A DNA stretch of 64,000 bases from Somniosus microcephalus (Eukaryota): positions 28,830,001 to 28,894,000 of the forward strand of contig CM126226.1 in NCBI GenBank assembly GCA_052327205.1, written 5' to 3'. Numbering within the stretch: the first letter of the stretch is position 1; each line of letters starts with the position of its first letter. The notes below the pieces were generated by a model. The model searched no databases. It saw only the letters and a list, made by a program, of their open reading frames with translations, and was not told the origin of the DNA. Below, piece by piece: positions 11,972 through 24,442 of this stretch. The position numbers and the translations under genes are program-made.

Positions 11972-12977
11972 CTGCAAGGGGACCCAAACAAAAAAAATTC
12001 GAAAACATATTATGTCACCAGCACCAGAACACTGTTCATGCTTATTCTTCAAACTATCTTCAATTTGACAATGCAATATACATTACTTTGGTGTGGTCAT
12101 GCAGTCACTACTAACTGTTTCTCCAATCCTCACAATTCACTTCAGCAACAAATGTGTAATTGGCTAGACAACTACTCTGTGCAATGCATTTATCAAATAG
12201 ATTAACCTGGCCCTAGCTTTACAGTAGCTTTCAGGAAGTTGAGATAAAGCTAACATTCACAGATGTCATCTAAGTCACTGGTACTTGTAATATATCTCAT
12301 GGACCATTTGTAGCCCTCTCCTCTTCGTCTGTGGCCCATGGCAGACGTTTTGTTGCTGTGCGTGTACCTGGGGCTCCATCAGCATCCTCCCCTGCCACGA
12401 AATTGCCGGAGCAAAGACTCAGCGCTGTTCCCTATACTTTTTCTGTCCAGTATGAAAAAGCAAGGAAATGCTATCAAAAGCATACTTATCGCAGCATCCA
12501 TAAGGCAAGTGAAAATGCTTTCAGAATTAGATTCTACAGTTTAATAGAACTATTGGTCCTACATTTCTTCCACCCACCTAGTCCAATCAGTAATCAGTAA
12601 TTTTCTTATAAAGCCAGAATTGAAACCATGAGTGCAATATATGCAGAAATCATACACACAGATCCACATCCCATCACCCTGCGGTGCATCATGTTGCAGC
12701 ATTTCTGAGAATGGTCCTTCAGCAAGATACTGCCTGGGACTGTAGCAGTCAACGGAAGTTATTGAGTAACACTAATCTAAGCCCATGCACCTCTCGTCTC
12801 TTCAGCAAGATAACGGACAATGTATGACAGTTGCTACGTAAATCAAAAAGAATTTTGAAGATATTATTAATTTAAAACACAGATATTCTTGATTTTCACA
12901 AAGCCTTTGCCATGACGTGCATTGTACCGCCACACCCTTAGTCTCTCAAACCTTGCCGCTGCTCAGTAAACACCTAC

Positions 12978-13178
12978 CTGGGCCTGTCCACGCAGTAACT
13001 TCAATCTGCATGCCAAAAAATAATTTCCCCTTTGACGCATTCATAGCCTTCTCCTGGTCTTCCTGTTGTCGAAAGAACACAAGGCCATAGCGTTCTTCAG
13101 ACGCACCATGGATCTGCACAGACGTTACCTTCCCATACTTCTTAAATTCATGGAAAAGACCATCTTTAAGGCTTGTGT
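12978..13178 (-). CDS. SPEN: SPEN exon 5 (201 nt; RRM2, DTSLKDGLFHEFKKYGKVTSVQIHG...IEVTAWTGP)
   Basis: Acceptor catttag|ACA and donor CAG|gtaggt. Lies within ORF 12946..13188. Confidence 0.97.
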
Positions 13179-14289
13179 CTAAATGCAAAAATGAAAGCTT
13201 TCAGTGCAGTGTAGTTTATGTGATGCAAGGTATTTTTTGCTCCAATTTAGTTAGCAATCAACAAGTGATCTCCAATTTCGTAGCTGCTTATATCTAGTAT
13301 ACTCTTCCAATTTGGGATGGGAGACACTCTGGGCTTTCAGGGATTCTCAGCTGAGAGCTACCACCAAGATCTGAGAGCAGGGTGAGCACTGGACGTTGCT
13401 GCAGGCAGCAGACAGACATTACAAACTCTGTAAAACCAATTGAAGGGGAAGCTGGATTGAGCTCTCCAAGAGAGGATTTGATCTGCTACTTGTGACCAAT
13501 AATTATAACTGTTGGGCTTTCCTCAATTTCAAGGCAGATCTCGACTATTCTCTTCAATAAATGTTACTTGCTGAAGTTGGAAACACATTCTGAGAAATAC
13601 AAAGAGTTAAACTGCAGTGAGGATCCAGATCTCCAAAAAGAGGAAATCCTAAATCTATATTTACAATTTAAATACAAGTATCATTTAATTATGGCAAACT
13701 GCGAGATTGTAAAAGATGCCATCCCTGGACTAAACATAGTAGACAACTCCCATTAAATGCTCCTGTTGAAAAGAAGCAGAGATCAGCTTTATTGTGTGCT
13801 CTGATTCTAACTTCTGTACATGGCCATGACCCGAATATTCACAATTTACAATTTCAATTTATTCAGGAAATATTTATATCAACAATGAATGCATGACTTA
13901 AGCATCTTACAGCCTACAGCTTCTCCTAAAAAAAATGTACTTGTAAGAAACCAATGAATTTTGGGCTGTAAAATTAAAACACTGTATTCAGCTAAATAGT
14001 AACCACTTTAAGGTTAGAATTCTGGGCTTTTAGCATTCACAGAAAAATCAAGTCTGATTGTTATATAATATCAAATCCAAAAAGTTTTGATTTTAAATTT
14101 GCTTGTTCCACACCTGCTTTCAGTTTTGTAAAATCAGCTACAGTTAGTCCCACTGAAACGAATAGAGAGGAAACAGAAAGTAAACAAAGTGCAATTTTTC
14201 TAAAGTGTGCTACGCCTAAAGTATATGTACTATTTTTTCTTTATACTTTTCCTGCTAATTTTCTCTCCACACCTGAAGGCATTCATTCC

Positions 14290-14630
14290 TCGCTGGGGTA
14301 CAATTCTATGGGTAGCCTCCAGTACTTGTGCAAAGAGTAATTTTTCATGTGTACCTCAGACAGGCTATTCAGTGATCGTGGGGTCATCACCTGATCCTGC
14401 CCTCACCCAATGTTCACACATGTATTTGCAGCAGGGGTATTGGACAACGATCAGGAAAAGGAAATATGGCCCATTTTCCCTTCCCTAATCTCGTGATTTT
14501 GGGACCAACTGTAGATCCGCTACTGCCACCCTGGCTGAGCTCAGCTAACTAAGCATAGAAGGGGATTAAACTTGGGACCTTTGTGGCCTATGTCATTCAT
14601 CTACTCATTGCCTTAACTGGCTCTGCCATC
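14290..14630 (-). mobile_element. Old degraded tRNA-derived SINE
   Basis: Shares TGGCTGAGnTCAGCTAACT and GATCCT..CTCACC motifs with 60230-60770. Confidence 0.5.
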
Positions 14631-14755
14631 ATTGTGCCTCCTGCCTGAAGTATTCATAATTACACCTTCTAATATTCTGTTCTGGTATCACTTTCCATTG
14701 CATGTCTGTAACTATCAGAGAAAAACTTGATGTATGAATTGGGGAATGTTTTTAA

Positions 14756-14784
14756 AATCAATCAATCAATCAATCAATCAATCA
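14756..14784. repeat. (AATC)n microsatellite
   Basis: About 7 perfect units. Confidence 0.9.
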
Positions 14785-15376
14785 TCTTTAACTTATTTTT
14801 AATTTTATTTTTGTATTTGACACCAGAGCACATTAGGCAGATTGGATATGCTTTTATTCAGCTTGATCTCCACAAACAAATAGTAAAATCCCTTCTCCCT
14901 CACATCCCCATTTAAATCACATTTAGATAGCCTTACCTTTTCCCTCAAGAAATTATATTCAAAGCAGTAGATTTTCCAATTTTCACACAAAGGATTGAAG
15001 AGATCATACTGAATATAAATAGCAGAGAAGCTGCCATCTGTTAATTTAAACTGAATTGAAATGCCAGAGAATTAAAAACTGAAAACAATTTCTGTGCCAT
15101 GAGGTTACAATGTCATTAATGTCATCTGATGAACTTTATATACACTAAACATTGTATAAAATTGGATCATAATTGTTTCCAAATGTAACTTGCTCGCATT
15201 CCCTAAAAGCCAATATTCTAACCTTAAAAAGAAAAGTACTTGAAGTTGGGTGCCAGGCAATCTTCAAATTAATTTGACATATTCCAGAAACTGACTGCCA
15301 TATCTATCTGAATATCAACTGAAAAAACTCTGATGCCCAACAGTTCAAATCCCTTTTAAGTGGCACATTTACTCAC

Positions 15377-15537
15377 CAGTAGAGCGGACTGGCAAATTTT
15401 GAACCTTGATTCCATAGCTCTTGCGTGGTTCATCCTTTTCCACAGGTGTTGGGAGTTGGACTGGCGGTGCAGGGACTGCAGCAGACTGAACTGATCTCGC
15501 TGGAGATTCGTCACTGGAGCTGCTGCTAGAATCACTA
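15377..15537 (-). CDS. SPEN: SPEN exon 4 (161 nt; SDSSSSSSDESPARSVQSAAVPAPP...KSYGIKVQNLPVRST)
   Basis: Acceptor ttttttgcag|TAG and donor CTG|gtgagt. Manual translation; the frame differs from the listed ORF 15356..15556. Confidence 0.96.
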
Positions 15538-16479
15538 CTGCAAAAAAAAAAGCCACTGGTTAGAAGTTTGATTTGACTGACTGCGCCCCACGTTGTATTT
15601 GTCCTAGAGTCATAAACAGACAGTTCCCTGTTTGATACAATGGAGGATAACTAAGTCATCGAGAACATTTCTACCATGGCTGCGGAGTAAAGAATATTAA
15701 ACTGATAACCTTCTTACAATCTCAATCCTGCTGCTGTGGGGAGGCCTGACACTTCCCTGAAGGCTCATAGCTGTAAATAAAAACTAGCTTAGAGCCTCTT
15801 ACACATCTCTTACAGTCAAGTTTAGAGTGGCGCCAACAATGATCTACAGGTAGGTCACCAACCCTCTCAGATACATGTGTGCAGGGAGACAACTGTAGAA
15901 CAGGAAAAATACACCATAAAACATTACATACATATATGCACATCAATGTCTTGAAACAGGAGTCCCACTCTCAAAAATACACTTTTAAAATAGGGGTTGT
16001 AATAATTTTTCAAAATACAATACTTTATCACGATAGATCAATAAACAGTTCCATTGCAACAAAGCTTGTTGAGTTCCACATCAATGTTATTCAACCATTA
16101 GAATGGCTTTCCACATTTAATACTCTCATAGTACAGTATGTAGCATTCTACAGCATAGTATGATGTCTCGTCACAAGTATGCAGCCCATGTGTTTAAGGA
16201 ACACAAACAATATATTGTGGCACCCTTTATGAATTTCCTTCATGCAAACCATATGTGCACTTCAGAACCACACACACTGCACGTGACTTATACAATGGTA
16301 CCAATGTAAGGGTTCCAGCATCAGGACTTTATAATGTATTCAAATTAATAATACTTAATACCTCTGTGACCAACTAGCATCCTTTTCTTTTAGCTGTACT
16401 TGGAGTGGACGCTAAGAAACGTTAACCCATACAGTCAAAAAAGGAAAGAATTTAGAACCAGTTAGTTTAACATTTATAG

Positions 16480-16790
16480 TGGGGGAAATCTTTAAAATGC
16501 TGAGAAGCACAGGCAATGTAAACGTGCATGGGCTGTTTGACTTACACTGCGCGTGCAGAACTCGAGGGCACAGGATAACAATGAATAAACCTCAAACAAT
16601 ACTAGAGACCAGAAGAAACTCCCTGTCCCAAGTATTAGACATATGAAACTGACTCCCAACAAAAGCTGTTGACGTTGTGTTAATTAGTTCCTTCAAAAAG
16701 GAGATGGATAAATATCTGGTTGTTAACAGGACTAAAGAGATATGTATAGACCGAGATAATATTCCATGGTACGGAACTGTTAATGTGACA
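16480..16790 (+). mobile_element. Highly degraded CR1 LINE 3' fragment
   Basis: CR1 ORF2 C-terminal-like remnants (RTRGH-like AGAACTCGAGGGCAC; SSFKKEMDKYL). Confidence 0.45.
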
Positions 16791-18065
16791 CACAGGCTGT
16801 GGGGGGGGGGGGGGGTGAATCTTGCATGTGGGGGACACAGGTCAGGGTTGAATAGTGAAGATGTAGGATTGGATGAATATTCAGGAGATTTACTTAATTA
16901 CCTTTCAGGTTCAGGGAATATATATCTTTCACTCAGGACGCAAACTGGTAGGTTAGAGACCACAGAAGAGTAGAATTTACTTCGATTATGAAAGGAGTAA
17001 GTCCTTAGGGGCCAAAGAGCTTTTTCTTAATTTTTATGTTTTTTTATACCCTATCTTTTGTGTTGATTGTTTTAAAATGGCTAGCATGAATCAGGGGTGG
17101 AGAGAAGATAATTGGCTTAGAGGAACTATGAAGTCCAACAGTGTAAGGGAGCTAAATATACACAGCTAGAATAAAGTCACTGAAGGACTGCATCAATGAC
17201 AATGTATTGATGTTATTTCTCCTTCCAGGTAGCTCCCCAATGTCAGATATTTTAGTTCAAACAAAAGTATTCAGACACACACACACACTAAATCAAAACT
17301 ACAGTAATTATTGCATCTGAGTCTCACACACTAACAAACAATTTTTTTTAGCCCTTGCTGGGAAAAAAAAACTTAATTGCGCATATATTAATCCCATTCC
17401 AACAGAATATTTGAGCGGTGACTTTGGGATTCATTCAAAGTATAAAGAAAAATTCATACAGTGCCATTCTCAAGCATAAGTAATTACTAACACCGTATAG
17501 AGTAGTACAGCACATTATCCAGCATTGATGTAAAGACAGAAATGATATCTAACGTGTAATGTTTCAAATGTTAACTACTGACTGGAATGTGCACATATGA
17601 TGTTTGAAGGGTTATCTACTTAAGGCTTGTGAGGTTACTGGAGCCAAGGACGTGCTACTTAAAAATAGCTCTGGAGCGAATAGAAGATTCTCAATGTATC
17701 AGCAGGCAAGAAATGAAAACTAAAAGTCAACCACATTGCTGCCTGTGGAGCACATGCTAGGTAATCACAAAGTATGTTCCCTGTAAATATATATCTGGCA
17801 ATATTTACTATAGAATGATGGACAGTCTCAACATTTAAACATTTCAAACTGAAAGCCTGTTCTTATTCAGTGGAAGCAAAATTAATTCACATCAGCCAAA
17901 AATGGATTTTCTGCTTTACTTCCATTTCAATTCCATTCACAAGGTTCCATTCTAGGTCTGGTAACAGGTGGCATGTTTACTGCAAATACTGTAGGTTATG
18001 ACACAACATTACACATGCAACACAATCATCAAATAAAGGCAAAGCAATTAGAAAAAAAACCCTGC

Positions 18066-21000
18066 ATTTAAATTCAGTTAATTAAATAAATCTGGAATAA
18101 AAAGCTAGTGTCAGCAATGGTGACCGTGAAACTATCGGATTGTCGTAAAAACCCATCTGGTTCACTAATGTCCTTTAGGGAAGGAAATCTGCCATCCTCA
18201 CCTGGTCTGGCCTATATGTGACTCCAGCAATGCGGTTGACTCTTAACTGCCCTCTGAAATGGCCTAGCAAGCCACTCAGTTGTAAAAAACTGCTAAGAAA
18301 AACAATAAGAATAAAACCGGACGGACCACCCGGCACTGACTATGGACACGACAAGGGCACACCCAGCCCAGTCAACCCTGCAAAGTCCTCCTCACCAACA
18401 TCTGGGGACTTGTGCCAAACTTGGAAGAGCTGTCCCACAGACTAGTCAAGAAACAGCCTAACATAGTCATACTCACAGAATCATACCTTTCAGCCAATGT
18501 CCCAAACTCCTCCATCACCATCCCTGGGTATGTCCTGTCCCACCAGGGGTGGCGACACAGTGGTATACAGTCGGGAACGAGTGGCCCTAGGAGTCCTCAA
18601 CATTGACTCCGGACCCCATGAAGTCCCATGGCTTCAGGTCAAGCATGGGCAAGGAAACCTCCTGCTGATTACACCTACCGCCCTCACTCAGCTGATGAAT
18701 CAGTACTCCCACATTTTGAACACCACTAGGAAGAAGCACTGAGAGTAGCAAGGGCACAGAATGTACTCTGGGTGGGGGACTTCAATGTCCATCACCAAGA
18801 GTGGCTCGGTAGCACCACTCCTGAACGAGCTGGCAGAGTCCTGAAGGACATAGCTGTCAGTCTGGGCCTGCGACAGGTGATGAGAAAAACCAACACGAGG
18901 GAAAAATCTACTTGACCTCGTCCTCACCAATCTAACTGTCACAGATGCATCTGTCCATGACAGCATTGGTAGCAGTGACCACCACACAGTCATTGTGGAG
19001 ACAAAGTCCCGTCTTCGCATTGAGGACACCCTCCATCGTGCTGTGTGGCACTACCACTGTGCTAAATGTGATAGATTCAGAACAGATCTAGCAGCTCAAA
19101 ACTGGGCATCCATCAGGCGCTGTGGGCCATCAGCAGCAGCAGAATTGTATTCCACTACAATCTGTAACCTCATGGTCTGGCATATCACTCACTCTACCAT
19201 TACCATCAAGCCAGGGGACCAACCCTGGTTCAATAAGAAATGTAGAAGAGCACGCCAGGAGCAGCACCAGACATACCTAAAAATGTGATGCCAAACCTGG
19301 GGAAGCTGCAACACAGGACTACATGCATGCTAAAAAGCAGAAGCAGCATGCTGTAGACAGAGCTAAGCGAGCCCACAATCAACGGATCAGATCAAAGCTC
19401 TGCAGTTCTGCTGCATCCAGTCGTGAATGGTGGTGGACCATTAAACAACTAATGGGAAGAGAAGGCTCCATGAATATCCCCATCCTCAATGATGGTGGAG
19501 CCCAGCACGTAAGTGCAAAAGGCAAAGCTGAAGCATTTGCAACCATCTTCAGCCAGAAGTGCCGAGTGGATGATCCACATCAGCCTCCTCCTGAGGTCCC
19601 CCACCACCACAGAAGCCAGTCTTCAGCCAATTCGATTCACTGCACGTGATATCAAGAAACGGCTTAGCGCACTAGATACAGCAAAGGCTATGGGGCCCAA
19701 CAACATCCCGGCTGTCGTGCTGCAGACTTGTGCTCCAGAACTAGCCATGCCTCTAGCCATTCTGTTCCAGTACAGCTATAACACTGGCATCTATCCAACA
19801 ATGTGGAAAACTGCCCAGGTATGTCCTGTCCACAAAAAGCAGGGCAAATCCAATCCGGCCAATTACCGCCCCATCAGTCTACTCTCAATCATCAGCAAAG
19901 TGATGGAAAGTGTCGTCGACAGTGCTATCAAGCAGCACTTACTCACCAATAGCCTGCTCACTGATGCCCAGTTTGGGTTCCACCAGGACCACTCGGCTCC
20001 AGGCCTCATTACAGCCTTGGTCCAAACATGGACAAAGGAGCTGAACTCCAGAGGTGAGGGGAGAGTGACTGCCCTTGACATCAAGGCTGCATTTGACAGA
20101 GTGTGTGACATCAAGGAGCCCTAGTAAAACTGAAGTCAATGGGAATCGGGGTGGAAAACTCTCCACTGGCTGGAGTCATACCTAGCACAAAGGAAGATGG
20201 TTGTGGTGGTTGAAGGTCAATCATCACAGCCCCAGGACATTGCTGCAGGAGTTCCTCAGGGCAGTGTCCTAGGCCCAACCATCTTCAGCTGCTTCATCAA
20301 CGACCTTCCCTCCATCATGTCAGAAGTGGGGATGTTCGCTGATGACTGCACAGTGTTCAATGTCATTTGCAACTCTGCAGATAATAAAGCAGTCCATGCT
20401 CACATGCAGCAAGACCTGGACAACATTCAGGCTTGGGCTGATAAGTGGCAGGTAACATTCACGCCGCACAATGACCACCTCCAATAAGCGAGTGCCTAAC
20501 CATCGCCCCTTGACATTCAACGACATTAACATCGCCGAATCCCCCACCATAAATATCTTGGGGGGGGGGGGGGGTCACCAATGACCAGACACTTAACTGG
20601 ACCAGCCACATAAATACTGTGACAACAAGAGCAGATCAGAGGCTAGGTATTCTGCAGCGAGTGTCTCACCTCCTGACTCCCCAAAGCCTTTCCACCATCT
20701 ACAAGACACAAGTCAGGAGTGTGATGGAATACTCTCCACTTGCCCGGAAGCTCGACACCATCCAAGACAAAGCAGCCCGCTTGACTGGCACCCCATCCAC
20801 CACCTTAAAACATTCACTCCCTTCACCACCGGTGTACCGTGGTTGCAGTGTGTACCAGCTACAAGATGCACTGCAGCAACGCGCCAAGGCTTCTTCGGCA
20901 GCACCTCCCAAATCTGCGATCTCTACCACCTAGAAGGACAAGGGCAGCAGGCGCATGGGAACACTACCACCTCCAAGTCACACACCATCCTGACTTGGAA

Positions 21001-21199
21001 GTATATCGCCGATCCTTCATTGTCACTGGGTCAAAATCCTGGAACTCCCTCCCTAACAGCACTGTGGGCGTACCTTCACCACACGGACTGCAGCGGTTCA
21101 AGAAGTCAGCTCGCTACCACCTTCTCGAGGGCAACTAGGGATGGGCAATAAATGCTGGTCTTGCCAGTGACGCCCACATCCCATGAACGAATAAAAAAA
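18066..21199 (+). mobile_element. Near full-length CR1-group non-LTR retrotransposon (APE + RT), frameshifted
   Basis: Endonuclease motifs IVILTESYL, GDFNVHH, LDLVLTN and SDHH; RT motifs NYRPISLLS, LDIKAAFDRV, GVPQGSVLGP and FADD; 3' end AATAAATGCTGG...GAATAAAAAAA. ORF2 is split over many short ORFs. Confidence 0.92.
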
Positions 21200-21204
21200 T
21201 AATT

Positions 21205-21397
21205 CTGTAAATCTGAAACAGAAACAGAAAATGTTGGAAACACACAGCCGGTGAGCCAGCATCTGTAAAGAGAGAATACACTCATCATTTTGGGTTTTAC
21301 CCTTTATCAGATCTAAAAATGGACTAACCTGTCTTCTTTTTACTGATGCTGACTGACCTGTTGTGTATTTCCAGCATTTTGTGTTTTCGTTTCAGAT
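21205..21397. mobile_element. Degraded palindromic Penelope-terminus relic
   Basis: ATCTGAAAC..AAATGTTGGAAAC..CAGCATC mirrored by GATGCTGA..TTTCCAGCATTT..TTTCAGAT. Confidence 0.6.
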
Positions 21398-22124
21398 ATA
21401 GACAATCCTATGTAGTATATTATCTATAGTGTGGCACCAACAGTTGGAAATTTTGATTCAAATTAATTCTATTGTTTTAACCTACATTTACTGTCAATTC
21501 AGAAAACTGTCTCTTGGGTGAATTTTTGATTTAGTATCATTCAAAATGTTCTACAATGATGCTGTTCTCAACGGTGTTGCTTGACCAACATCAGTTACGT
21601 CAGATGTATTCCAAATGAACAAGTCTCCCATATGCCTAAAATAAAATGCCAAGCTACCTACTATGCATTCATAATGATCAGCCTACAACCCATACATGCA
21701 CTAAAAACAATTCAAAACCAATATGCTGCAGTAGTATGATTACTCCGTTCAGTTCAACTGTCTTCCCTTGTTTCACTGAGTGACATCCGAGACTCTCACT
21801 GACTCCCAGCAGTGCCGTCATATTATACCCACTGCAGCAGCACGGTCAGATCATGGCAGGCTGCTGACACCCTAAACCAGCTGGAAGATTAGTTCACAAC
21901 AGAGCTATAAAAGTCAAAAGGCAACTGATTTTTTTGTGCTAAGTACACATTGTGGTGTGCAGCCAGACATTTTGGGAAATTTCTACTGTGCGGTCATTCT
22001 ATAATGAGCCTGAGGGCTACTGGGTAGAAATCATTCCTTGCTTCAAGAATGGTTATTGCAATATTCATTTGTTTAGAAATTTTCAGAATCCATTTTTACT
22101 CATTTCATCTAGGTGTCACATTTT

Positions 22125-22203
22125 TGTCTTATAATACTCCTGTGACGCGCCTTGGAACGTTTTACTACGTTAAGGCGCTATATAAATACAAGTTGTTGTT
22201 GTG
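22125..22203 (+). mobile_element. L2-type LINE 3' tail
   Basis: CTCCTGTGA.GCGCCTTGG.ACGTTT.ACTACGTTAA.GGCGCTATATAAATACAAGTTGTTG, the same tail as at ~51735-51802. Confidence 0.75.
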
Positions 22204-22763
22204 TTGACCAGGCCAATATTATGTTAAACTGCTAACTTTTTTTTAATGACCTACATGAAATTTCAGCACATTGGCTTATTAGAATATTGTGATATATAAC
22301 AACCTCCAAACGTACACATTATAGATTCCTGTTGGGGAAAAAAAAACATATACTACAGCTTATCCATTTGCAACACTTTTGCATCCACATCTGCTGCTGG
22401 TGTAAGCCCATGTTTGTGGTTCACAACAGAGAAACCATGTAAAAACTCAACCTCCCAAGCAGAAACTCCCACTATAATAGTTATGAAATATATATAGTAC
22501 AACTCCCTTAATAATAAAGAATCCAAATAACAACCTCCCTCACTAGCATAAATATAGCTCCAAGATAACCACGGAGAGCTTCTGCACTCTAAGCAGCTAA
22601 ACTTAAATTGTCGCACAAAACCTACATACGGTTTATTTTTCTGTTTTTACATTAAGATTGTTTCAAAACTAGATTGATTTCTTTCATAAGACTAGGGGGA
22701 GGGAACAACAGGTTTTCTTCATACTTCATTACATATAAAGCTGTAAAACCTGTATACCTGTAA

Positions 22764-23095
22764 ACCTGGGTTCAAATCCGGCCTCGGGTGACTGTCTGCG
22801 TGGAGTTTGCACATTCTCCCCGTGTTTGCGTGGGTTTCCTCCGGGTGCTCCGGTTTCCTCCCAGTCCAAAGATGTGCGGGTTAGGTTGATTGGCCATGAT
22901 AAAAATTGGCCCTTAGTGTTAGGGGGGATTAAATACGTGGGTTTACGGGGTTACGGGGATAGGGCTTGGGTGGGATGGCTGTCGGTGTAGGGACCGGGTG
23001 CTCGGGTTTGGATGATCAGCCATGATCTCGTTGAATGGCGGAGCAGGCTCGAAGGGCCGAATGGCCTACTCCTGCTCCTAGTTTCTATGTTTCTA
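22764..23095 (+). mobile_element. 5'-truncated V-SINE (HE1-like) with a CR1-derived tail
   Basis: B-box GGTTCAAATCC, V-core GTGGAGTTTGCACATTCTCCCCGTG...GGTTTCCTCCGGGTGCTCCGG, and tail GGCCTACTCCTGCTCCTA. Confidence 0.88.
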
Positions 23096-24285
23096 CGATG
23101 AAGCAAAGAGACAAAAACTCCATTCAAAACACATGTCTACAGTGGATCTCCAACAGTAAGTTCTGGCTAGAGAAAGGGTCCCTCTCCCTCTCAACAATAC
23201 AAGCTTCACCAAGCATAATCTACTTTTTGACCCAAATAAATGTAAAAATCAAATTAGGAGTACTGAGCAGGAAGTGAGGCATTCTATATGTCCTAAAACG
23301 ACAATCAAAGTGTTCAAAGCAAACGGCCAGAGCAAGAGATGCCTGTCAATGGCCGCATGTTGAACTCTGCTGATTCAGGAATCTGGCATATCAGATCTGC
23401 AGTCTGGGATCAAGCTGCCCTTTTGAAAACCTCACACTTTAGAGTATCTCAGCAGCTGAATCAGGGAATTGATTTAGCTCCTGAATCAGCACTAAATGGA
23501 ATGACAAATGGCTGCTGCAGCGCAATAGACTCCTGCTACACTCAATTCAGATAAACACATACCTCATCCAAAATAGTGAACTTCCCATTCATTTCCAATA
23601 AACAAAAAGCAGAATCCTGATGCAAGCAGAAATATTCTTGGCACATTAGTTATATATTTATCAGTGCTGCAGCATCACACTGAATGCGCAACCTTTTTTT
23701 GTGACTCACAGCAGCTAACCACTTAGTACAGTACTTGCAATGAGAATATTCTCTTGAAATTATATAATGAGAATAAATTATGCTAAACTGCATTCAGCCA
23801 CAGACAAATGCCAACATTTCATAAACAATTCTTCCCAAAGAAACATTTATAAAAATAATTGAAACCACAGGTTTCCTACAAAACATCTCTGTAAATGAGG
23901 CACGAAAACAGCCAGGTCTACATATCAACAGGAGGTTAAAACTAGACATCAACTTAATTTTAAAACCAGTGATGGTTAAAACTAGGTGCCTATGGGCACA
24001 GCCAAATTAATTAATTCAATTCTAATCGAAACAAACCACTGACAACTTTCCAATAGTGTGGAAGTCTCAGTTTTGCTCCTTACAGTACCAGTATTGCACA
24101 GCTTTATTAAATCCAACTTCTTCATCTTACCCATCTGATATAATGGATTTTATAGGCCACACTAAGAAACATGAAGATAGGTAACCCTTCACTAGAAGCA
24201 GGTTCAGAGGGATCAATTTCTCTGCCATTACATTTACAACCTGCCTCCCACAAGAACCCATGATTTGCTGCAAACACACAAAATG

Positions 24286-24442
24286 CCGCCGGGGCGAGAG
24301 CGGGGGCCGGGGCGAGGCGGCGAGAGCGCGGGCCGGGGCGAGGCGGCGAGAGCGGGGGCCGGGGCGAGGCGGCGAGAGCGGGGGCCGGGGAGAGGCGGCG
24401 AGAGCGGGGGCCGGGGCGAGGCGGCGAGAGTGGGTGCCGGGG
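24286..24442. repeat. 26-bp GC-rich minisatellite (~6 units)
   Basis: CGAGAG recurs at 24295, 24321, 24347, 24373, 24399 and 24425; unit GCGAGAGCGGGGGCCGGGGCGAGGCG. Confidence 0.95.
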
